NCBI GenBank assembly: GCA_010093995.1
Contig: ML992501.1
Coordinates: 2,747,194-2,811,193 of the forward strand
Length of the DNA: 64,000 nucleotides
Source of the DNA: Elsinoe ampelina
Lineage: Eukaryota
Reading direction: 5' to 3'
The notes beneath the pieces were generated by a model, which saw only the letters and a list, made by a program, of their open reading frames with translations, was not told where the DNA came from and made no database searches. Position 1 is the stretch's first letter. The number at the start of each line of letters is the position of its first letter. The position numbers and the translations under genes were made by a program. Positions 33,936-45,191 of this stretch are shown piece after piece.

Positions 33936-36249
33936 ATATAATAGGGATTAAAAGTATAATTCTATAAGTAGTAGTATTAGAGAATATAGTTTATAATTAG
34001 AATCTATTATTAGTAATTATACTCTGTTATTTTATGTATTACTAATAACCTATAGAGTGTAAAATTCATAACTCTACCCTAACCTACCCCTTAGCTTAGC
34101 TAACCCTAACTCTACCTACTCTAGCGGGGGTTAGCTAAGCCTAGAGGTAGGTTAGGGTAGAGGTAAGTTACTTAGAGAAAATTCTAACTCTACTCTACTC
34201 TACGACCACTCTAATCTTTACTATTAATAGAGTTATAGAAGTAGTAGAAGGCTTAATAGATGTTAATCTTACTAAACTATTTAGCTTTACTTACGCGTAT
34301 AAGTATTTCTTCAATAAAGAGTAAAGAATAGATATCTTACTTAGTTACCTTATTAAGGCTATAGTAGTTAATATAGAGATAGAGTTCTCTACCTAGCTTA
34401 TAAATAAAGAGAATAGGTAAGAAATAGCTAGTAGAACTTAATATAATAAAGCCTTTATTAAGATATTCTTAGATAAATTATTCTACTATATTAAGTTCTT
34501 CTAGTAATAGGTAGTATAAAAGCTCTATATATAGTAGCTTAGTACTATCTTTAAGTATAATATAGTTATTAAAATCCAGCCGATACTAAGGAAGTATATT
34601 AGATTATTCTTTAGAGAAGATATTAGTAAACTTCTATAGCTCCTCTAGGAGAACTACTATAGGATCTAGTTCTAGCTTAGAAACTATCTAGTAGTAGTCT
34701 TTAATATTCTTTACTAAGATTATAAATACCTTATTCTTTTAGTATTTAGCTACTAATATAAAGGTAGCTACGCTAATAAAGGTAATAGTTAGCTTTTCCT
34801 ATTTAGCATTACTTATATAGGTAAGTAAGTAGAAGAACTTATATATTAATTAAGTACTATAGGAGATTAGCTTAAACTCTCCCTAATTTAGCTTAAAGTT
34901 TAACCTAAGAGCTAGTAGCTAATATAGTCTAGTTCGTCCTAACTTAGTAGCTAAGCTAGAACTTAGTTTACAAGTTAGACTAGAACTAAACTAGTTCTAA
35001 ACTAGAGTAGTAGCTTTACTAAGCTAGATTTCTAGATCTAAGCTAGGCTTAGATCTAGATTCTAGTCTTTTAATTAGCTATAGTAGCTCCTACTTAACGA
35101 CAACTAGTAAAAACTCTTCTTTATACGTAACTTAGCTATACTTATAGTTAATAGTAGCTCTATTAGCTTTAAGCTAGCCAAGGCTAAGAATAATATTAAA
35201 ACGGCTAATATCTATAATATAGAAGATAGTAAAAGTATTTAGCTTACTAGAGATAGTAGTAGTAAGGGAAATGCTATAAGTAACTTACTCTATTAGAATA
35301 CTATTATAAGTCTAAAGCTAAATAGAGCTAGCTAACGCTATAGGGCAGCTAAAGCTCTTTAGCTTATTAAGGACGTTATAATTAACTATAGCGCTAATAA
35401 GTGCACTAGTATTAATAAAGGCTTAGAGCGTAATAGTATAAGAGTAGTTATAAGAGTTATAAATAGTAATAGGAGTTATAATAGTAGGGATATAGTAGCT
35501 AATAACGCTATTTAGTAACTATATATCTCTAGATCTATCTCGAATTACTCTTATTTCGCTAGAGAATAGAACTTATTCTCTAGCTACTTATTTCTCTAGC
35601 TAGAGTAGCTAGTAGACTTATAGTCTATTTTAGAGTTAAACTAAGGCTAAACTAGATCTAGTTTATAGGCCGAACTAGTGTCGACCTAGTTACTTAATTC
35701 GGCTAAGCAATTCTAAAGCTACTATATCTCCTCTATAGCGCTAATATATATAGGGTATATAGTAGTATAAGTAGCCTTCTCTAAGGCGCTAGCTATATAC
35801 TTAGTAGAGATATGTCTAGGCTTACTACATATATAATAGGTAAGTGCTAGAGCCGGACGGAAAGGCTTAGGGTAGTTTTTAGGTTAGGTTAGGTACTAGA
35901 ATTGCTACCTATAACCTAACCTATAGCGATACTAGTACCTAAAGCTTAGCAACTATAACCCTCTAAGCCTTAGGTAGTGTTACTTAGCCTTAGGTATATA
36001 GTTAGTTATAGTGTTGCTTATAACACTACCTAATAGTACCTATAGGTGCCTAAGAGTCGAGGAGTAGATATATATCTTAAGAACTTAAGATTTAGAAATT
36101 AAAATTTAAAAGTTAAAGGTTATAATTATGTTTATTAATTACGCTAATCTTACTAGCACCTCCTATCTACTCTTATAGCCTACGCCTTACTTGCTTATCT
36201 ACCTTTATAGAATAATTGTCCTTACTATAAACTGTCTAATTGTCCTAGT

Positions 36250-36779
36250 TATATGTATTAAACTTTATATAATAGCAACAAGTAAGCTATAAATCTTTCT
36301 AGTTAATAGTAACTTACTTAGCATAAATACAATTAAGGTTTATATCTAAGAATATTAGTATCTATAATAGTATTAAATTTAAATAATAGATACCTTCTAT
36401 ATACCTAATAATAAATGCCTCTATTACTTCCTAAAGTGCTTTAAGAGCTTTAGATTAGATATAAAAGCTTTTGTCTTAACAAATATAGCCTCTAATAATC
36501 TTATAGATAAGGTAGCTAAAGGAGAGCTTATAGTAGAGAAGTTTAGTTAACTTCTAGTAGCGACAAATCTCTTAGAGGGCAATAGCTATATAGTATTAGT
36601 AATATAATATAATAATCAATTGTAATAATTATACTACTAGCCTTAAACTTGTTCTTCTTTCTAGAAGTAATAGTTGTCTTATAAGGTTACTTAGTAGTAG
36701 AAGCCTTAGGTCTACTAGACGACTTGCCCTTATAACTACAACTATAGGTTAGTACTATAGTACCTCTCTTAGGAGGCAT
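36250..36779 (-). pseudogene. Histone H3-like gene, copy D (RIP-mutated); introns 36634-36586 and 36393-36346
   Basis: ATG CCT CCT AAG start; literal KFKAS|TIAL*EICRY*KLTKLL..KLSFS.LI.KI..*SKALKAL*E..EAFII.Y.E|D.NLNCI.AK*VTIN*KDL*L, an H3 histone fold after RIP reversal. Confidence 0.9.
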
Positions 36780-37398
36780 AGTTACTATTACTACTAAGGA
36801 TAGAGTCTTAGGAGGTGCTTATAATATAAAGTAATTTTACAGTAGTAAGAGTAAGGTAGTAGAGGGCGTAGAAAGTAACAAGGTAGATATAGTAGTAGTA
36901 TAAAGAAAGAGAAGTAGAAAGAGAAGAGGTAAAAGAAGTAGAAGAAGAGAAATACGTAATAATTTAGTAGCTAGTAATAGCACGGCTAACAATAGGAATG
37001 TAATATTATAATAGAAATATAAAATTAGTAAATTAGAAATGTATAGTGTATAGAATACTTGCTTATTATAATATTATTTATAATAGTAAGGCATATAATA
37101 TTAGATTTGTTCGAACGCTTAGAAGAAGAGGAATCTAGATATTATAGAGTACTAACAATAAGTACGTAATAATCTAGCGTAATAATACAATACTAATTTA
37201 GTATACTATAATTCTTAAAAACCTTATATTTTATATTTTATATTCTACTCTAGCTACCTTATTGTTACTTTATATATAGTAGGAAGCTATATTACTCTCC
37301 TCTATTCTCCTTCTTCTTCTATTAACTTTCTTTCTTCTTGTCTCTACTACCCTTTTATTTCTACGCTCTTAAGTTTAACTTTTATATCTTATTTTACT

Positions 37399-38719
37399 AT
37401 AGTAACCTCTCTAGATACTCCTATAGCTAATATACCTTCTAATACCTCTCCTAGTAGCTCTCCTAAGATTAAGAATAAGTTTAATAAGTTCGAAACTATA
37501 ATAGAGATAATTATTATAGCGTTTTATTACGAGTATTAAGCTAATAGGTATAGGGCTTTAGGTCTAAGTAGGCTAAAATCGAATACTAGATCCTTTAGCG
37601 TAGTTAAGGCAGCAAGGCACATCACAGTTGTCTAACTAGTTTTAAAGCAGGTTTAAGTAAGCCTTTAAAGTAGAATATTTAGAACATTATACACTAAGAT
37701 AAAGATACTTAATAGTCGGCTAAGGTTAAGGCACTTAAAGCAGCTAGAGATGCCAATTATAGCATAAAGAGAAATTTGCTTAAGAAGTTTAATATAAATA
37801 CTTAAGTCTAGAACCTTAGTAAAGAAGCAAAGGTAGAACTCCTTATAGAAAAGATTAAGGAAATAAAGTAGCGCCGTTTTAACGCCTAGTAAAGCTATAT
37901 AATTATACTACTATATTATTACGTTTAACACTAATAGATTATAGATAAATAGCTATCTAGTAAGTTTAGAAAAGTCTATGTTAAATAGTAGCGTATTAGA
38001 AAATTTGCTATACGTTAAGAGTATATAGAAGTTCTTATAAAGGCAAAGGTAGCTTATACTACTAAGTCTAGCGAGGAGAATAATATGTTAAGAGTAGCTA
38101 AGTAGATATATAGTTCTAGCGGAATTCTCGAGAAGCTTAAGTATAAGATCTATATAGCTAGCGCTACTAAGCTTACTATTAATAAAGGTACTAACGAGAA
38201 TGCTAAGAAAAAGTACTTAAAGTTTGTCTAGAAACTTAGTAAGGAGAGTAGGCTTACTACTATCTCCGATCCTAACTAGTAGTAAGTTCTCTATTATTAT
38301 TACGTATTATTATTACGTTAGTATACTAATAAATAGCAGGGCTTATAATTCTATGCCTCTAGCTAAGTATTAACTACTCGAGCTAATCTATCTTATAGAT
38401 AAAGGTAAATATATAAAGCCTAACAACAATAACAAGTGTAAAGAAGTATATAAGCTAGACTATAACTCTAAGATCGAGAAACTAGCTAATAAGTACAAGA
38501 TAGATAAGTAGTATACGAAGTTTAAGGGGTTTTCCTCTAATAAGAATAAGATTATTAATAAGAGAGAGAGAGTTAAAGTAGAGAGTTCTTTAGAAGGTAG
38601 AGATAAGGAGGAGAATAATAATAAGAATAATAATAAGAATAATAATAAGAATAATAATAAGGAAGGGGATAAGGAAATAGTCGATACTAAGGAAGATAAA
38701 TTTACTAGATTTAACTAGT
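37399..38719 (+). pseudogene. Unknown cargo gene X, copy D, with acidic tail; boundaries approximate
   Basis: Shares F.SKQ.KIEHQI.Q.S..T.F.A..S.PL.Q..I..RD, RF(D).W and DPNW|gtaagt with copy C; AATAATAAG run at ~38610-38660 reverses to D/E. Confidence 0.72.
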
Positions 38720-39793
38720 GGATTTTCTATACTATAATCAACTACTAAGTAGTTTAATCTATAGTATAGTCCGGCCCTTTTATAGATTTAAGTTTTATAA
38801 CAAGATCTCTTCCTATATAGCTACTATTGTTATTTATGCTTCTAATTGTTACCTCTAATAATAGTAAATTATCTATATTATTACTTCTAACGATAGATTT
38901 CTATTACTATTGTTGCTATAAATAATAGGAAGTACTAGATATATACGCTATCTCGTTCCTATTTATTCTTCTTTCTAAAACCTCTCTTCCTTATTATTAT
39001 AGCTTCTCGCGTATAACTCTATTCTAACCTAGAAGATCTAATCCCCTACTAGCCTTATGCTATAACTCGTAGTAACTGCGCTAGGCTACTATACTTACGT
39101 TAGTATAAAGCTTATATCTACCGTATAACTAAGTAATTTATCGATAGCGAGGAAAGGTAGACTACTTATATCTATAATAATAATAGAGGCTCTAAACTTC
39201 GCTATAAAGCCTATCGCTCGTATAATACCCCTTGTAACTTTATTAGTATTCCTAATCTAATACTACTATATTCTCTAATAAGTATTAGTATAACAGCTCC
39301 TAGACTAATAATATTTTTAACCTTATCGACATATAGTATACACTTAATTGTTACTATCTTAATCTTATCCGAGATTAGATTATAATCTTTAATATACGCC
39401 GTAGTATTAAACGCTAGTAGAACGAGCTAGATAATTCTAAATCCTAAGGATCTTAATAGTTCTAATTCTTCTAGTAACTAGTTTAGTAGTATAATGTAAA
39501 TAAAGCGTTAGCGGGCTAATAGCTTTAGTAGGTTTTTCATGACATAGATATGCTTTTAATTTTAAAAATTTTCTACCCTACCCTAACATAGATATGCCTT
39601 TAATTTTAATTATGTTACCTATTCCTTAGCCCCTATATAATATAAGTCTAGCTTATAGAAATTGATATACCTCTTGCTTTAAAGTTTCTATAGTATAGTA
39701 TAGGATTTATTATTACGTATTATAAATACGTTAATAAACATTCTATAACAAGTTATCTACCTTTATTAAATAACATAATCTACACTAATCGAC

Positions 39794-42460
39794 ATGTCTA
39801 AAGCTTCTAACTTTAAGTCGGTACTCGACCTATAACTTAGAGATACTATATATTTCTCTCTAGCTATTCTAGTAGAATTATATAGCTTTATAATCTCCGC
39901 TTAGAATATTAGACGTAATAGTAGAATATGACAATTATAACTCCTTAAATGCTTGCCTTTTTAACCTAGTAAGAGATCTAAGGATTAACCTCTATAATAA
40001 GCCTAGAAAGACTAGTAGAGTCGAACAATTATAGTATCTATATATAGAGAGAGCATAAAAAATATACTAAATTAGAATTCTAAAGCACGTTCTAGAGGTC
40101 TATAGGCAAATATTATAGAAGCTACTAAGATTTACAATAGAGAACTACGAGTTATTTATAATAGGTATAGTAATATACTTACTTATCCTACTTACTATTA
40201 CACTAGTAATAAAGCAATAGAGAGACATCTTAAGTTCTAGAAATACACTATAGTTATTAAGTACCGCTACGAGTAAAGCCCTGCCTAAAAAGCCCTTAAG
40301 TAATTATAATAGTATATAAAGAGCATTTACTAAATTGTCTCTCTATTCTCTACTAACATCTTCTACTATAAGCTTGTTCGCGTAGTTACTAACTATAACT
40401 AGTCTTTCTACATAGTTAAGTATCTTACCTTTAGCTAATTCCTCCGCTTCCTCTAACCTAATATTACTATACCTAGCCGGACTCTTTTTTAAGCGACACT
40501 AGTAGCATAATTTAAGAAGTTACAAAAATCGCTACTCTCTAACCTCGGTAAGAACACTAAGCTTTTAATAGCGTTAGATAGATAGTCTACTAATAACTAC
40601 TTAGAGTTTATTATAATTAAAAGCTATTTTATTAATAACTAATAGCAATTATAAGAGTAGCTCCTAGAAATAACACTCCTTCGAGGTTACTATACTAGTA
40701 AAGCTATAGTAAATAAGGTAATATAGGTACTAAAAGATATATTAGTTAAGCAATAACTACTCGTAGTTATAGCAGATAATATATTAAACAATAGAATACT
40801 CCGAGAGTCTCTCGAAAGAAGCCTAGGTATACTAGATATTAAGTAAAATACAAAGGAGAATACAATTCTACGCCTAGTATATATTATTAATCTTGTTATA
40901 TAGGACATTATTAAGCATCTAAAACTTAAGACAAGCAAAGAGATTAACATAGTAGAGAGGTTATAAAACTACTATATCTAGGATATTATAATATTAGTCT
41001 CTATCCCGAATTTACTATAGAAGGTATATAACATTTATTATATTGTTTTATTACGTCCTAATGTTAGTAAGCTCTACATAATATATATTATAATTAATAG
41101 TTCTCTATAATAGTTTAAACGATTTATAGACCTCTAGAAGCATCTACTACCTAAGAAGAGATACTAAGTTATACGTGATATTAAGACACGCTAGAATTTA
41201 ACATATAATATATATAAGCGAGTATTAAAGCTTAAACCTTTTATTAAGGATTAGCTTAAGAATAAGACTACGCTCTAAGTACCGAGGACTTCTTCTAAGG
41301 TATTAATATCTAAACTACTCTCTAATGTTAATAACTACGACCTTACTAAGTTATTACTTAATCTAAATAAGTAGTAGCATCTTAAATCTGTTATAGTAAT
41401 ACTAGAGAACTTTAAGAAAGCAACAATATAGCTAAGTACTAGTAGCCGACCTCTTCTCTAGTATATATAGACAATGTATAATACACTCTTTAACTTCTTA
41501 GATAAAATTAAAGAGGGCCTAATTAGCACTAAGGATTATAACAATCTACCTACATAGCTAGCTACTATATAAAAGGTAGTAGTAAAGGGACAAGAGAAGC
41601 TTAAGAAATACTATACGTAAACTAAGGATAGGAAGGATATACTCTATAACTATATAACAATTCTTAACCCCTCTAAGAAGCTTATAGCATATAATGTAAA
41701 TACCTATAGTCTTTCTAGTAAGTAGTAGCTAATAATACTTAGGACATAGAGACTTAGGAACCTTACTATAAAGACTACTATTATAAGGAGTTCTTATAGT
41801 ACCTTCGTTAGTATAATAAGATAGACCCCTTAATTGCTTTACTAGCCTCTACCCCTAAGCTATTATATTACTAGCAATAAGACTAGTTTAACCGACTAAA
41901 ACAAAAGGAGCAAAGTTACGCTCTATTACTATAAAGCGATAGTCTATACTTCTTATTTGTTCCCTCGAAGCGTACTATAGTTAAAGAAGGTAAGGACTAC
42001 CTTACAACACTACCGGTCTATATTTAGAAACTTAATGTCTTATAGTAGTAGAAAGAGAAGAAGGAAGAATATCTATTACTATTATATATAGCAAAAGATA
42101 TTCTAGTAATCCTAATTATAGAGGTTAGAGTTAAGTAAGTGTTTAACATTACAAAGGATATTATTAGTGCGTAGAGGTATAAATTAGTAGCCTAAACTAT
42201 TTAGTAGCTTATAATGTTAAAGTATAAGCTTAAAGTAGCCTCGCTATTAGGACGGATTAATATAGAACTAGAGATAGAGGATAAGGCTACTAATGCTAAT
42301 AATTTACTTAAATTGTTATTAAGGACTAATATAAATTAACTAGACGATATTACTATAGTACTAAGCTATAGTAATAATAACTACTCTAAATTAGAGAGAG
42401 AGAGAGCGTAGAGAGGTTAATAGTATTCTAGTAGAAAGCGTCGGCGGATTTACTAGCTAG
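39794..42460 (+). pseudogene. hAT transposase of element D (boundaries approximate)
   Basis: V(T)ADN..NN ~40770, I(PC)L(AH)IINLV ~40870, RDIKTR(W)N(S)TY ~41180, (WW)KEK..Y..L..IAKDIL.I.I.EV.V(ER)VFN ~42050-42150. Confidence 0.88.
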
Positions 42461-44220
42461 ATTGTATTTGTACTTCTAGTATAATTTATATATTTAACTT
42501 ACTACCTCCCCTTACATAATAAAGTAGCGTAATAAAGTTAGGCCTAAAAATTTGTAAGGTATAGTAACGCGCTAAGCTATAGAGTAAGCGCTTTAACTAC
42601 TAACCTATTAGGTACTATTAGGTAGGTACTAGGTTAGGTACCCCCCCCCCTAAGAGCGACACTATAACTATATACTAACTCTACCTACCTTAGTATAGTA
42701 CCTAACCTAGAGTAACCTCTCTCTACTAAGCTTTTGTACCTAACCCCTACCTAATATAGTACTATATCTACCTAAAAACTACCCTAGAAAGGCTATAGAG
42801 TACCTCTAGTAATAGAGTAAAAGGTAGATAGAGCTATAGGTATAGAGGTAAAATAACATATATAAGTAAGTATAGTAGTAGTATAGCTTATAGCTAGTAT
42901 AGAACGTAAAGCCTAAGTACGCTTAGTAATAAGGTTATTCTATTAGATGTTATAGTTAGTAGCGTAGGCCTTAGTAATAAAGATAGTAAGGTTGTTAGTA
43001 TTATAGTTAACTAGAGTATTACGTAGCTTATTAGATATCTTCTAATAGATCTAGTATAGCTACTTCTCTTTAGCGATCTTAGTATAAAGGGTATACTTAT
43101 TAAACTTACTAATAAAGAAGTTAAATATACTATTATACTAGAAGAGGTTAGCGAACTAAGTATATATAGTAGCTCTATAGTTAGGATTCTCGAAGCGCTA
43201 GGCTAGGAGAGTAAGGACCTCTTTAACGCTAATAACGTTGTTACTAGCTAAGTCTATAATAAGGGTATAAGCTTCTCTAGAGAGGCGTAAGTATAGATAG
43301 GTAAACTAGGTATCTCTTATAGAGAAATAATCTATATTAGTGCATATCTTATTCCTTATCTAGTGCTTAAAGACCTTAAACTACTCTAGTATACCTATGC
43401 TAAAGATAGTAGGGTCTAGTATCTTTTCTAATAAGGTAAAGCTACGTATAGAAAGGGCTAGTATACTATACTCTATCTCGTTTCTTAGTTAGTTTACCTT
43501 AGCCTTAAGCTCTTAGATTTTGTCTAGGTAGTATATAGCTTAGGTAGTAACGCTATTAGTATAGGACTAAGATATATCTAGTTCGGATTAGAGGTTACCG
43601 AGCTAGGCCTAAGTAGTATCTAACTTATAGTAATAGTAGAAAGTATTAGTATAAGTGTCTTTTACCTATATAGTTTACTTATTATAGAAGGACTTAATAT
43701 ATTTAAATACGTCTCTTAGTGCCTATATACTATACTTTTCCTATAGCTTCTTAAGAAGTATAGTGTTAGAAAGAGCAAAAAGATTATAGTAAAGAGAGTA
43801 GATAAAGGTATTATTATTATTAGAAATAGGTTAAGGTAGCTTACTTTAGTAGTGCTCTTTATTGCTATAGTTAGATCGAGCTATACTTAGTATAGTTAGT
43901 TATAAATATAATAGTAGAAAAAGTTAATATATAATAAAAAGAGTATTTAAAAATTTAACTAGTAGCTTACTTTCTTCTTAAGTTATTTATAACTTAACTT
44001 ATTACCTTCTTCTTATATTTATAGTTTATAGTATTAAATTATATAGTAGTAGCAAGGATCTATTATAGTATACGTAGGAACTATAATTATAATAGCTTCT
44101 TCTTTAATTCTTTAATTCTTTATAAGTAGTAGTTATTAGTAGTTATATAAGTAGTAGGATAACTAGATAGTTTAATAGCTCTATTACTTAGTTATAGTCT
44201 TTTTTAAAGTCTTAATATAG

Positions 44221-44423
44221 TAATTACAACTAGTAAGATAAGAGGTTAATTATATCTATTCGTTAAGATATTAAGACTTAGAAGAAGAAGAAGAAAGCTA
44301 GTATATAAAGCATATATAATATCGAGAGTAAAGTAGCTAGAAGCCTAGGCTATAATACTAAGATTACATAACTAATCTAAACTAGATCCTAACTGAATCT
44401 AGTTTGTAATTTATCTCGTATTA
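44221..44423 (-). repeat. 5' LTR of Gypsy A1
   Basis: 203-bp match to the other A LTRs. Confidence 0.92.
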
Positions 44424-44988
44424 CTTATAATTAGTTTAGGTACTATAGATATAATATAGAGTAAATAGAGTAAATAGTATAAAGATAGAAGTAAGGTTAA
44501 GCTTACGAAAAAAGCGCTAAGTCCTTATTAAAAACTCTATACTACTAGTACTATAAGCCTATACTACTCCGCTAGCTTATCTAAGCTAGATTATACTATC
44601 TAGTTCGGTAGCTAAGTTAGATTATACTAACTTATACGCCGAGATAGAGCGCTATCTAGCTTAGCTACTAAGATAGAGTATTTTAATATTAGTATAAGAG
44701 TAGTAAATTAGGCCTATCTCGGCTACTAAGCTAGATAGCCTATAGCTATGTTAAGTTAAACTCTTTAGCTTTATCCTCTTCGCTTAAAGGCTTAAACTCT
44801 AAAGGCTTCTACTACTTCTTAAACCTTAATATCTCTCTCTTAATCCTTATAAGTAACTTCTCTTTTAAACTCTATAACTTAGTCTATCTCTTCTTTAACA
44901 CCTTATAAATACTATTAATGTTAAATTTAGTATCTCTTAGGTAGTAGAAGGCTTAATTAAGCGCTATACGCTTACTCTTAAAGGCTAG

Positions 44989-45191
44989 TAATACGAGATA
45001 GATTACAAACTAGATTTAGTTAAGATCTAGTTTAGATTAGTTATGTAATCTTAGTATTATAGCCTAGACTTCTAGCTACTTTACCTTCGATATTACGTGT
45101 GCTTTATATACTAGCTTTCTTCTTCTTCTTCTAAGTCTTAATATCTTAATAAATAGACATAATTAACTTCTTATCTTACTAGTTGTAATTA
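44989..45191 (+). repeat. 5' LTR of Gypsy A2
   Basis: 203 bp TAATACGAGA..GTAATTA. Confidence 0.92.

Larger units (their letters stand above)
28503..34213 (-). mobile_element. hAT DNA transposon C (RIP-inactivated) carrying H3-like and partner cargo genes
   Basis: TIR TAGAGTAGTCGTAGAGT / ACTCTACGACCACTCTA; 8-bp TSD ATCTTTAC (28495-28502, 34214-34221), single copy at the empty site in A2/A3; subterminal GGGTAGAGTTAGG repeats. Confidence 0.93.
35868..42786 (+). mobile_element. hAT DNA transposon D (RIP-inactivated) carrying H3-like and partner cargo genes
   Basis: 17-bp TIR TAGGGTAGTTTTTAGGT / ACCTAAAAACTACCCTA; 8-bp TSD GAAAGGCT (35860-35867, 42787-42794), single copy at the empty site in A2. 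Confidence 0.93.
25589..44423 (-). mobile_element. Ty3/Gypsy chromovirus A, copy A1 (RIP-inactivated), interrupted by hAT-C and hAT-D
   Basis: 203-bp LTRs at both ends; PPT next to 25791; gag/PR/RT/RH/IN colinear with reverse complement of A2 once the two inserts are removed. Confidence 0.92.

Noticed and set aside
40690..40950. Hydrophobic 86-aa ORF on - strand
   Set aside because: Antisense to the hAT-D transposase relic; I/L/Y richness is a RIP effect
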